Positions 24,771 through 36,960 of a stretch of 64,000 nt of DNA are shown here, one piece after another (the first letter of the stretch is position 1; every line of letters begins with the position of its first letter). Position numbers and translations under genes: made by a program. This stretch comes from Octopus sinensis. Taxonomy: Eukaryota. The notes below the pieces were generated by a model. It searched no databases, was not told where the DNA came from, and saw nothing but the letters and a program-made list of their open reading frames with translations. The stretch is from NCBI RefSeq assembly GCF_006345805.1, contig NW_021833430.1, forward strand, positions 9,815 to 73,814, in the 5' to 3' direction.

Positions 24771-27700
24771 AAGGAATGCCGACAGAGATCAAAGGGGAGT
24801 ACCGACATAGATCAAAGAGGAGTGCCGACAGAGATCAAAGAGGAATACCGACAGAGATCAAAGAGGAATGCCGACAGAGATCAAAGAGGAATGCCGACAG
24901 AGATCAAAGGGGGGTACCGACAGAGATCAAAGAGGAATGTCGTCAGAGATCAAAGAGGAGAGATCAAAAGGGAGTACTGCCGACATAGATCAAATAGGAG
25001 TACCGACAGAGATCAAAGAGGAATTCCGACAGAGATCAAAGGGGAGTACCGACAGAGATCAAAGGGGAGTACCGACAGAGATCAAAGAGGAATGCCGACA
25101 GAGATCAAAGAGGAGTACCGACAGAGATCAAAGAGGAATGCCGACAGAGATCAAAGAGGAATACCAACAGAGTTCAATGGGGAGTACCGACAGAGATCAA
25201 AGAGGAATGCCGACAGAGATCAAAGGGGATTACCGACAGAGATCAAAGAGGAGTGCCGACAGAGATCAAAGAGGAATATCGACAGAGTTCAAAGGGAAGT
25301 AGTGACAGAGATCAAAGAGGAATGCCGACAGAGATCAAAGAAAATGCCGTCAAAGATCAAAGAGGAATGCCGAAAGAGATCAAAGAGGAATCCCGACAGA
25401 GATCAAAGAGGAGTACCGACAGATATCAAAGAGGAATGTCGACAGAGATCAAAGGGGATTACCGACAGAGATCAAAGAGGTGTGCCAACAGAGATCAAAG
25501 GGGAGTATTCACAGAGATCAAAGAGGAGTGCCAACAGAGATCAAAGAGGAATGCCGATAGAGATCAAAGAGGAATGCCGACAGAGATCAAAGGGGAGTAC
25601 CGACAGATATCAAAGAGGAATGCCGACAGAGATCAAAGAGGATTACCAACAGAGAACAAAGAGGAATGCCGTCAGAGATCAAAGAGGATTGCCGACAGAG
25701 ATCAAAGGAGAGTACCGACAGAGATCAAAGAGGAGTACCGACAGAGATCAAAGAGGAGTGCCGACAGAGATCAAAGAGGAGTACCGACAGAGATCAAAGA
25801 GGAATGCCGATAGAGATCAAAGGGATGTACCGAAAGAGATCAAAGAGGAATGCCGATAGAAATCAAGGGGGAGTACCGACAGAGATCAAATAGGAATGCC
25901 GACAGAGATCAAAGAGGAATGCCGACATAGATGAAAGAGGAGTATCGATAGATATCAAAGACAAATGCCGTCAAAGATCAAAGAGGATTGCCGAAAGAGA
26001 TCAAAGAGGAATGCCGACAGAGTTCAAAGAGGAATGTCGACAGAGATCAAAGGGGAGTACCGACAGAGATCAAAGAGGAATGCTGACAGAGATCGAAGAG
26101 GAGTACCGACAGAGATCAAAGAGGATTGCCGACAAATATCAAAGGGAAGTACCGACAGATATCAAAGTGGAATGCCGTCAGAGATCAAAGAGGAATTCCG
26201 ATAGAGATCAAAGGGGGGTACCGACAGAGATCAAAGAGGAGTACAAACAGAGATAAAAGAGGAGTACCAACAGAGATCAAAGAGGAATGCCGACAGAGAT
26301 CAAAGGGGATTACCGACAGAGATCAAAGAGGAATGCCGACAGAGATCAAAGGGGAGTACCGACAGAAATTAAAGAGGAATGCCGTCAGAGATCAAAGAGG
26401 AGTACATAGAGAGATCAAAGGGGAGTACCGACATAGATCAAAGAGGAATGCCGACAAAGATCAAAGGGGAGTACCGAAATATATCAAAGGGGAATACCTA
26501 CAGAGATCAAAGAGGAGTACCGACAGACATCAAAGAGAAATGCCGTCAAAGATCAAAGTGGAGTACCGAAATATATCAAAGAGGAATACCAACAGAGATC
26601 AAAGAGGAATGCCGACAGAGATCAAAGAGGAATGCCGACAGAGATCAAAGGAGAGTACCGACAGAGATCAAAGAGGAGTACCGACAGATATCAAAGAGGA
26701 GTACCGACAGATATCAAAGAGGAGTACCGACAGAGATAAAAAAGAAATGCCGATAGAGATCAAAGAGGAATCCCGAGAGAGATCAAAGGGGAGTACCGAC
26801 AGATATCAAAGAAGAATACCGACAGAGATCAAATAGGAGTACCGACAGAGATCAAAGAGGAATGCCTACATAGATCAAAGTGGAGTACCGACAGATATCA
26901 AAGACAAATGCCGTCAAAGATCAAAGAGGAATGCCGACAGAGATCAAAGGGGAGTACGGACAGAGATCAAAGAGGAATGCCGACAGAGATCAAAGAGGAG
27001 TACCGACAGAGATTAAAGAGGAATGCCGACAGAGATCAAAGGGGAACAGACATAGATCAAAGAGGAATGTCGTCAGAGATCAAAGAGGAATGCCGATGGA
27101 GATCAAGGGTGAGTACCGACAGAGATCAAATAGGAATGCCGACAGAAATCAAAGAGGAATGCCGATATAGATCAAAGAGGATTGCCGACAGAGATGAAAG
27201 TAGAATGCCGACAGAGTTGAAAGAGGAATGCCGACAAGGATCAAAGGGGAGTGCCGACAGATATCAAAGAAGAATACCGACAGAGATCAAAGAGGAATGC
27301 CGACAGAGATCAAAGGAGAATACCAACAGAGATCAAAGAGGAATGCCGACAGAGATCAAAGAGGAATGTCGACAGAGATCAAAGAGGAATGCCGACAGTG
27401 ATCAAAGGGGATAACCGACAGAGATCAAAGAGGAGTACCGAGAGATCAAAGGGGAGTACCGAAAGATATCAAATAGAAATACCGACAGAGATCAAAGAGG
27501 AATGCCGACAGAGATCAAAGGAGAGTACCGACAGAGATCAAAGAGGAGTACCGACAGAGATCAAATAGGAGTACCGACAGAGATCAAAGAGGAATGCCAA
27601 CAAAGATCAAAGAGGAGTACCGACAGAGATCAAAGAGGAGTACCGCGACAGAGATCAAGAGGAGTGCCGACAGATATCAAAGAGGAATGCCGACAGAAAT

Positions 27701-28409
27701 CAAAGGGGTGTACCGACAGAGATGAAAGAGGAAAGCCGACAGAGATCAAAGGGGAGTACCGAGAGAGATCAAAGAGGAATGCCGACAGAGATCAAAGGGG
27801 AGTACCGACAGAGATCAAAGAGTAATGCCGTCAGAGATCAAAGAGGAATGCCGATACAGATCAAAGGGGAATACCGACAGAGATCAAAGAGGAATGCCGA
27901 CATAGATCAAAGAGGAGTACCGACAGAGATCAAAGAGGAATGCCGACAGAGATCAAAGGGGAGTACCGACAGAGATCAAAGAGGAATGCCGACAGAGATC
28001 AAAGAGGAGTACCGACAGAGATTGAAGAGGAATGCCGACAGAGATCAAAGAGGAATGCCGATAGAGATCAAAGGGGAGTACCGACAGAGATCAAAGAGGA
28101 ATGCCGTCAGAGATCAAAGAGGAATGCCGACAGAGATCAAAAGGGAGTACCGACATTCCTCTTTGATCTCTGTCGGTACTTCTTTTTGATCTCTGTCGGC
28201 ACTCCTCTTTGACCTCTGTCGGTACTCCTCTTTGAACTCTGTCGGTACTCTCGTTTGATCTCTGTCGACATTCCTCTTTGATCTCTCTTGGTACTCTCCT
28301 TTGATCTCTGTCGGTACTCCCCTTTGATCTCTGTCAGCATTTCTCTTTGATATCTGTCGGTACTCCTCTTTGATCTCTGTTGGCATTCCTCTTTGATCTC
28401 TGACGGCAT
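24771..28409. repeat. 23-bp tandem satellite (GCCGACAGAGATCAAAGAGGAAT), ~147 forward units then ~11 inverted units
   Basis: Unit read directly. Main variants are GAGGAATGCC, GGGGAGTACC and GAGGAGTACC. Orientation flips at ~28151-28155. Copy numbers are length/23 estimates. Confidence 0.97.
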
Positions 28410-29000
28410 ACTTTGTGATTCCATACTTTGTGATTTATCCGAAAATTTTAACCCAAAAAGTTTTCGAAAATTTCACCCAAAATATGTTGAAAAATTTTCA
28501 CTGAATATTTTCCCCAAATATTTTTCGAAAATTTTCACCCAAAATATCAAGCAAAATGTTTTCGAAAATTTTCACTGAAAATTTTCACCGAAAATTTAAT
28601 CCAAAAAGTTTTCGAAAATTTTAACCGAAAATTTTACCCAGAAATTTTCCGAAAATTTTAAACAAATTGTTGTCGCAAATTTTGTGTAAAATTTTTGGTG
28701 AAAATTTTCGAAAACTTTTTGGTTAAAATTTTCGGTTAAAATTTTCGAAAACTTTTTGTTTAAAATTTTGGGTGAAAATTTTCGAAATGTTTTTGGTTAA
28801 AATTTTCGGAAAAATTTTGGTTAAAATTTTCGGTGAAAATTTTCGAAAACTTTTTGCCTAAAATTTTTGGAAAATTTTTGGGTAAAATTTTCGAAAACTT
28901 TTTGGTTAAAACCGAAAACTTTACCCAAAAACTTACCGAAAATTTCACCTAAAAAGTTTTCGAAAATTTTCACCGAAAATTTTACCCAAAATTTTACCCA
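28410..29000. repeat. Right-hand A-tract satellite with internal inversion, preceded by 32-mer fragments
   Basis: CACCGAAAATTTT orientation to ~28665, reversed (AAAATTTTCGGTG) at ~28680-28910, then forward again. Confidence 0.9.
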
Positions 29001-29161
29001 TTGCGCCTCCACCTATTGCTGTTGTTCTCTCAACCGCGTCATAGTTGAGCTGCAGTTATTTTTCTCTTTGCGATCTCATTTTGTAGTTAGTTACCACTAT
29101 CTCTCAAGCTATAGTTACGTCTATGAACTTTAACAAACAACAAGTGGTATCTCAAAACAGA

Positions 29162-29396
29162 GGGTGGCGAGCTGGCAGAAACGTTAGTACGCCGGGCGAA
29201 ATGCGTAGCCGTATTTCGTCTGCCGTTACGTTCTGAGTTAAAATTCCGCCGAGGGCGACTTTGCCTTTCATCCTTTCGGGGCCGATTGAAAATAAGTACC
29301 AGTTACGCACTAGGGTCGATGTAATCGACTTAATCCCTTTGTCTGTCCTTGTTTGTCCCCTCTGTGTCTAGCCCCTTGTGGGTAGTAAAGAAATAG
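29162..29396 (+). mobile_element. SINE family B, full length, CpG-rich
   Basis: GGGTGGCGAGCTGGCAGAAACGTTAG...GCCCCTTGTGGGTAGTAAAGAAATA. Confidence 0.88.
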
Positions 29397-30156
29397 GTAT
29401 CCCAATACAGTCAATTTCTTAAACGTTAACATTTTATAATAACAACAAAAAATTCCAGGCTTACATTTAACCAAACGCCTCGATTTTTTTTTTACATAAA
29501 CGTAGTAATTTAAACCACCCATCATTTGCTTTTAGAAATATACCCCACAATTTGAGAAAAACGAATAACTACAATCTTTTCTGAGCAATTATCATTCAGC
29601 TGAGTAGGAAATGCAGGTAACAACACACGGGTATGTAGTAGATTCAAAGAATTTCTGAAATATCATGCTAATAGTTAGTATGGTATATGCTCTTGGATTT
29701 TAACTACCACTGCGCTCGCAAATTGATTAAATAAATTTAATTAAGTTCTACTAGATACACGAGACAGCTGTAGATGTCCATCATATTCATTAAATAATCT
29801 AACCACATGACTACTCAGACTATCAGATGTTGTTACATATTGCTAGTCACAATGCGCTTTGCATCGTTTTAGCCTTTGCATGACGCCACCCCGCTGGCTA
29901 GGCGAGAAGGTCAACAATCCCTCACGGGGAGCAAGTGTTTTGCTCAAGAACACAAGGCGCCGCCCGGTCGGGGAATCGAATCCACGATCTAGCGATCGTG
30001 AGTGCTACAACCTAACTGCCAGGCCACGTGCTTTCATTCGATAAACAAACAGTGTTACTAATTTGTTAATCTTACTCAGCATTCCAATAATAATTACCTA
30101 GTTATTTTATGAACGCAGTAATGACTAAAAGTATTTGGGTATCACCCATTGTAGCC

Positions 30157-30655
<499 letters not shown>

Positions 30656-30970
30656 CGAAATGCAATCACTACAGGCACGTTGGTACTTTACATACAGAAC
30701 AACTGAAAATGTACCTAATATTCACGTCAGTTTAGTAGATACGCATATGGGAAGCTTAACAACAGTTGTTATAAATGCAATCCCACAATGTCTATAAAAT
30801 ACAGATTATTCAATAGCTGATGAAAATCAATAAATTTTCATCATCATCCCTTTGTTACTCTTCTCAGTGAGGTCATGTAGTAAATGTGAGAGACGACTGC
30901 AACTGTGTTATGTAACTAAAACAATTTATTTAATTAATTTACGAACGTAGTAATAGGTAATAATCCATAA

Positions 30971-31365
30971 TCTTTCTATATATAAAGCTGAAGTTGTCTG
31001 TGTATGGCAGGTTTGGCAACCTTCAACTAACACTATCTCCTCCGAGACCCTGCGGCGCAAGTTGACCAAAATTGAGAGTATGATAGAAAACGGTCTGCTC
31101 TTCATTCCGTAGAAGAAAAAAATTCAAATCGGACCATGTTAACGCCAAAAATTAATTACATCAAAAAGGTGCTTTTTTTTCTATGAAAATCCCTATTTTT
31201 TTACGATTTTTTGACTGCTGTGTCACCATTTTTCGGTGTATTTCAGCCAGAAAAATGTTCACTTAAAGAGAATAACAAGCTACATAATGCAAAATTTTTA
31301 CTTTTCAAAAATTCCAATTTTAAAGCGTCGAAACAAACCCGAGCAACGCCGGGCGATACTGCTAG
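30971..31365 (+). mobile_element. Non-autonomous Helitron
   Basis: A|TCTTTCTATATATAAAG ... CCCGAGCAACGCCGGGCGATACTGCTAG|T. Confidence 0.82.
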
Positions 31366-31927
31366 TAAGTTTTATTATGAAAAGTTAATGGAGCTGTCTC
31401 GTCAGTAAATTACATTAAATATCATAGACACACGCAATCCAAATTTTAGGAGGGATAACAAACGGATCACTACGTAGTACAATGTTAGAATTTACTAAAT
31501 CCAAAAGTTAATGGGTTTCTATGAAACAGACAACGGTCCTTGGAACAATCATCCTGCAGACGTTTGAGATTAGCTCTGCAGTACCCTCCTTTTGCCATTT
31601 CATTAACTGATTTAATGTACTGTAAATCTGCGTTTAATACAGCTGTGTTTAATTAACAAACCCGTTGCATTGATAAAGGCTATATTAATAATACCGTAAC
31701 ATGTACATACTTGTATTTCATTTAATCAGTTAACATTTATTTAATTTAGGCTTCAAATTCCTATCAGTGCTTGGCACTTTAGAGACGGGAGAGAAATATA
31801 TTCAGGTGCACCGAGGTGTCTTGTGGAATTAATAAGTGCACTCTTGAGAAATTGACAACCCTGAAAGCCTTTTGGTTCCAGAAAATCGTTGGTGTATGTG
31901 TAATAGTTATTGATATTTGTAGCCCCT

Positions 31928-32388
31928 AAGGCAGTAAGGTGTCAGAATTCTCGGCGTGCAGGACAAAATGCTTAGCGACGTTTCGCCCGTCTTTACGTTA
32001 TATAACACTTCCAATCAATTAAGGTTATTATTATTATTATTATTATTATTAGGTCTGCGAACTAGCAGAATCATTAGCAGGCCGGGCGAAATGCTTAGCG
32101 GTATTTCGTCTGCTGCAAGGCGGCGAGCTGGCAGAGACGTTAGCACGCCGGGCGAAATGCTTAGGGGTATTTCGTCAGCCGCTGCGTTCTGAGTTCAAAT
32201 TCCGCCGAGGTCGTCTTTGCGTTTCATCCTTTCGGGGTCGATAAATTAAGTACCAGTTACGCACTGGGGTCGATATAATCGACTTAATCCGTTTGTCTGT
32301 CCTTGTTTGTCCTCTCTGTGTTTAGCCTCTTGTGGGTAATAAAGAAATAGGTATTTCGTCTGCCACTACGTTCTGAGTTCTTCTTCTT

Positions 32389-32419
<31 letters not shown>

Positions 32420-32432
32420 TTATTATTATTGT

Positions 32433-32468
<36 letters not shown>

Positions 32469-32470
32469 AA
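31928..32470 (+). mobile_element. Nested SINE family B copies (full copy 32119-32349) followed by (TTC)n(TTA)n(TAG)n
   Basis: Three heads. The full copy interrupts another copy, with GGTATTTCGTCTGC on both sides. Confidence 0.82.
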
Positions 32471-33524
32471 GATGTTTTTGAAATTCTTTATTAATTTTGA
32501 AATCGTCAGTAATGAACCGCTGCTGACTAACATAAATTGTCATCGCATTCTATTTCGATTAAAAAAAATAAAATGGCAAAGTAGTGTCCTTGAGTAGAAA
32601 TTCTCTCCCTTAAACAAAAACGTTATTTCCCTTGGACTGATATTCCAGCTCATTTCAAAGCATGTGAAATTCTTTATATAGCTAAGTGAGTAAACAATGT
32701 TTTAATTTCATGGTTTCTTCGTATCTTCAGCCAAGTAGATACCGGACGGTGTGTCCCAGATTTATGAAAATAAAATCCGTCTAAATTAAGCTTCAGAGAA
32801 TCCATGCTAATACTTTAGCTTCTTGGAAAACATGTTATCTTAATAATGATTATACAAATATGACAAACAATTATCTTTTACTTGTTTCAGTCAGTGAACT
32901 GCGGCCATGCTGGGGCAGCGCACTGAAAGATTTTAATTGCACAATCGACCTCAGTACTTGTTTTCTTTTTAGAGGTTGGGGAACCGGGACTTGTGTTGGT
33001 CTGTCGCGAGGACATAAACACACTGACACCGGTTGTCAAGCGGGGGGTGGGGGTGCATACACACACACGCGCGCACGCACACACACACACACGCACACAC
33101 ACACACGCGCACACACATACACACGCACACACACACACACGCACACACACACACACGCGCACACACACACACGCACTCACACGCACACACGCGCGCGCAC
33201 ACACACACGCACACACACACACACGCGCACACACACACACGCACTCACACGCACACACGCGCGCGCACACACACACACGCACACACACATATCTACTAAA
33301 TCTCCCTCAAACCACCCTACAGCTTACAGAGAAAAAGAAAGAAATATTAAAAAGTGCATGATAAGAAGGGCGTGATTGCTACCGATTGGCCCCTTTTGGT
33401 TACTGGTTAGCTTTCTCGCACATGACCCGGGATCTGAACTAAACCCCGTAGTATTAAACCATGGATAACAAGACTTGTGATTCATAATGAAGATTTAGAG
33501 GAAGCCAGAGGTTGCTAGAGAATA

Positions 33525-34036
33525 CCGTAAATCTTCGAGTATAGTCTGCCCTTGAGTATAATGCGCAAGGGATTTTTAGGGGGCTGTACTTCTGAAAAAC
33601 CTAAACCTTGTGTATAATACGCACCCTTTCTCTAACTTGAGTCAAGGAGGTCTATATAACGTCCTTGGTTTGTAAAAATGTAGACGATAACGTCCTTTAT
33701 TATTATTGTATATATAACATAATGCAAAAGTATAGCTTTTTTGTGCATTTTCTTTGCAGAAAATAAAGAAATAACAGTAATAACGTTTAATAAATGTTGC
33801 TTACTGCATGTTATGGCTGATTCTTTTATGACTTCATTGCTTTCAGGCTTAGCTTAAGGTATTTCCGTGCCCGACATCACAAAATGCGTCTGAATAAACA
33901 TTGCCGGACATCAAATAGAGACTCGGACATTGCTTAGAAAATAATTTTCATTTTTAACCTCGTATATAGTACGTACTAGGGATTTTGACCTTTAAATTTT
34001 GGGGGAAAAATGCGGATTTTACTCGAGGATTTGCGG
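33525..34036 (+). mobile_element. pogo/Tc2-like MITE, copy 1
   Basis: TA|CCGTAAATCTTCGAGTATA ... TACTCGAGGATTTGCGG|TA. Confidence 0.8.
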
Positions 34037-34612
34037 TATTTGAGAAGCACACATAACAGGACCGCGGTTTTGTACTTAACAACTGAGAAGAACGATGTCA
34101 GGGTTAAAGACGACGTACAGGACTGGGGTCAAAGTTATATTAACGCGAACTCTATCTCTGCGGAGCAGCTGTAGTAGTAAAGGTGGAAAATAATGAATGT
34201 AGAAAAGCTAAACTGACAAGACTCTCTCTCTCTATCTCTCACTCTCTCGCTCATACACACACGCAAATACCCCCCTCCTCTCTCTGTAAGAGGTTGAAAG
34301 GCTTTGGTGTGAGATACAGCATCAATAAGTCGGAAGGTTTTCTTGATATAACCCTGGGATTATTTTAAATCTTACTCTAAGACTTATTGTCTTAAACGTA
34401 TTTGAACTGATTTAAACGTTTGTTTACTCATAGCACAGCTCCCACGAGCCTACTATCATATAATACATAAAGGTTTATCAAAATGTTGACGATAATATCT
34501 TAGAAAAGTCCTGGGCCACGTCTCATCGGCGAGAGTAACGAACCGCATAACCCTTGTCGATTTCTAGCAATGTATTTCTTGGAAACGATATACTTATAAC
34601 TATATCCTTTAA

Positions 34613-35209
34613 CCTATTTCTTTACTACCCACAAGGGACTAAACACAGAGAGGACAAACAAGGACAGACAAACGGATTAAGTCGATTACATCGACCCCTG
34701 TGCGTAAATGATACATATTTAATCGACCCTGAAAGGATGAAAGGCAAAGTCGACCACGGCGGAATTTGAACTCAGAACGTAACAGCAGACGAAATGCTTA
34801 TTTCATTACTACCCACAAGGGGCTAAACACAGAGAGGACAAACAAGGACAGACAAACGGATTAAGTCGATTATATCGACCGCAACGACCAACTGGTACTT
34901 ATTTAATCAACCCTGAAAGGACGAAAGGCAAAGTCGACCTCGGCGGAATTTTAACTCAGAACGTAGCGGCAGATGAAATACCTATTTCTTTACTACCCAC
35001 AAGGGGCTAAACACAGAGGAGACAAACAAGGATAGACAAACGGATTAAATCGATTACATCGACCCCAATGCGTAACTGGTACTTAATTTATCGACCCCGA
35101 GAGGGTGAAAGGTAAAGTCGATCTCGGCGGAGTTTGAACTCAGAACGTAACGGCAGACGAAATACCGCTAAGCATTTCGCCCGGCGTGCTAACGTTTCTG
35201 CCAGCTCGT
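34613..35209 (-). mobile_element. Tandem trimer of SINE family B
   Basis: TATTTC.TTACTACCCACAAGGG recurs at ~34615, ~34800 and ~34983. Only the last unit has the head. Confidence 0.88.
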
Positions 35210-35432
35210 CAACCAAAACAACGTTGCAGACTCAGTGTAACTAAACAACGCTGCAGACTCAGTGTAACTAAACAACGCTAATACTTATGAGTGTCAAACA
35301 GTGCAGTAAGGAATACATCTTTAGAGTATACACTTCTCCCATATAATGGCCATTTTGCCCTACGAGATAAAAGTGAACATTCGTATTACATCCTTAAAAA
35401 TCTCATCAATAAATATTGCTGTCGAACATATA

Positions 35433-35938
35433 CCGTAAATTCTCGAGTATAATCCGCATTTTTTCCCAAAATTCCTAGTGCGTACTATATACGAGGTTTA
35501 AAAGGAAAAATATTTTCTAAGCAATGTCCAAGTCTCTATTTTCTGTCCGGCAATGTTTATTCAGATGCATTTTGTGATGTCGGGCACGAAAATACCTTAA
35601 GCTAAGCCAGAAAGCAATGAAGTCATAAAAAAATCATCCATAACTTGCAGTAAGCAACATTTATTAAACGTTATTACTGTTATTACTGTCATTTCTTTAT
35701 TTTCTGCAAACAAAATGCATAAAAATGCTACACGTTTGCATTATGTTATATATACAATAATAATAAAGGATGTTACCGTCTACATTTTTACAAACCAAGG
35801 ACGTTATATAGACCTCCTTGACTCAAGTTAGAGAAGGGGTGCGTATTATACACAAGGTTTAGGTTTTTCAGAGGTGCAGTTTCCTAAAAGTCCCCTGCGT
35901 ATTATACTCAAGGGCAGACTATACTCGAAGATTTACGG
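35433..35938 (-). mobile_element. pogo/Tc2-like MITE, copy 2 (inverted relative to copy 1)
   Basis: TA|CCGTAAATTCTCGAGTATAATCCGCA ... TATACTCGAAGATTTACGG|TA. Internal sequence is the reverse complement of 33525-34036. Confidence 0.82.
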
Positions 35939-36214
35939 TATGTTATTTACAACTACTATGAAGCCAACGAAAGAAACATTATATGACAGCTCTACGCGGT
36001 AGAAACAGCAGCTAAATCTCTGTCTAACCACATCCTGCCACTTTAAGACACATTGAATGATGTAGTCTAAGGCTACACTATTACCGATAATTAAATATAG
36101 AGACACAAAAAAAACCTCATGACCCCAATATCTCTTGTCATTGCTCAATGAGAATGGATTTCGATTACAATAACAACGGACAAAGGCATCATCATTATCA
36201 ACAATAACTTCAAC

Positions 36215-36233
36215 AACAACAGCAGCAGCAGCA

Positions 36234-36275
<42 letters not shown>

Positions 36276-36294
36276 GCTACTGCTGCTGCTGCTG

Positions 36295-36379
<85 letters not shown>

Positions 36380-36382
36380 AAC
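36215..36382. repeat. (ACT)n/(GCT)n microsatellite
   Basis: Direct inspection. Confidence 0.95.
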
Positions 36383-36652
36383 AATCGTGCGTATGTACAA
36401 AGTTAAGAAGTCTGATAAAGGATCTGATTTAAACACAGAAATGATGTTTCCCTCCAGGAGCTTATTCGGCGCCTGTGACAAATCCACGTTTGTATGCTAT
36501 TATAAACTCAATAGAAACACACTAACCCATATAATTAGCATTTGACGGACTACAGTTCTATAAAAAAGAAATCTGATAATATGTTGCAGGAATGTTCGTG
36601 TTGGAAATTAATTAACAGCATTGTATGATGGACTCGGCTTACTGTGAGTCGT

Positions 36653-36960
36653 GGAGGCACATGGCCTAGTGGTTAGAGCAGTGGACTCGCTGCCGAGGGA
36701 TCGCAGGTTCAAATCTCAGACCGGGCGATGTGTGTGTTTATGAGCGAAACACCTAAGCTCCACGCAGCTCAGGCAGAAGGTATTGGAGGACTTCTGCTGA
36801 CTCTTTCACCACAACGTTCTCTCGCCCTTTCCTCCTGCATCTTGCAGCTCACCTGCGGTGGACCGGCGTCCCGTCCAGGTGGGGAACCTATACGCCAAGC
36901 AAACCGGGAAACCGGCCCTTATGAGCCAGACGTGGCTCTTATTCAGGTTAGTAAAGTGGG
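36653..36960 (+). mobile_element. tRNA-derived SINE family D with V-domain-like segment
   Basis: TGGCCTAGTGGTTAGAGC (A box), GGTTCAAATCTC (B box), CCTGCGGTGGACCGGCGTCCCGTCCAGG. A related copy at ~38172-38370 shares AAACCGGGAAACCGGCC. Confidence 0.7.

Noticed and set aside
24696-28212. Long ORFs (up to 387 aa) of repeating MPTEIKEECRQRSKRNADRDQRG
   Set aside because: A 23-nt unit without stop codons gives the same 23-aa repeat in all three frames. Scattered stops and indels show no frame preservation.
24771-28409. CRISPR array or telomeric repeat
   Set aside because: Units are head-to-tail with no unique spacers, there are no cas genes, and the context is eukaryotic. No (TTAGGG)n is present.
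29001-29020. CTCF-like motif (GCGCCTCCACCTATTG) at the satellite's right border
   Set aside because: Only a partial match, too weak to call without a PWM scan.
36653-36725. tRNA gene (also 9035, 38172 and the SINE A/B heads)
   Set aside because: A/B boxes are present, but I could not form a complete cloverleaf, and each continues into a multicopy SINE body.
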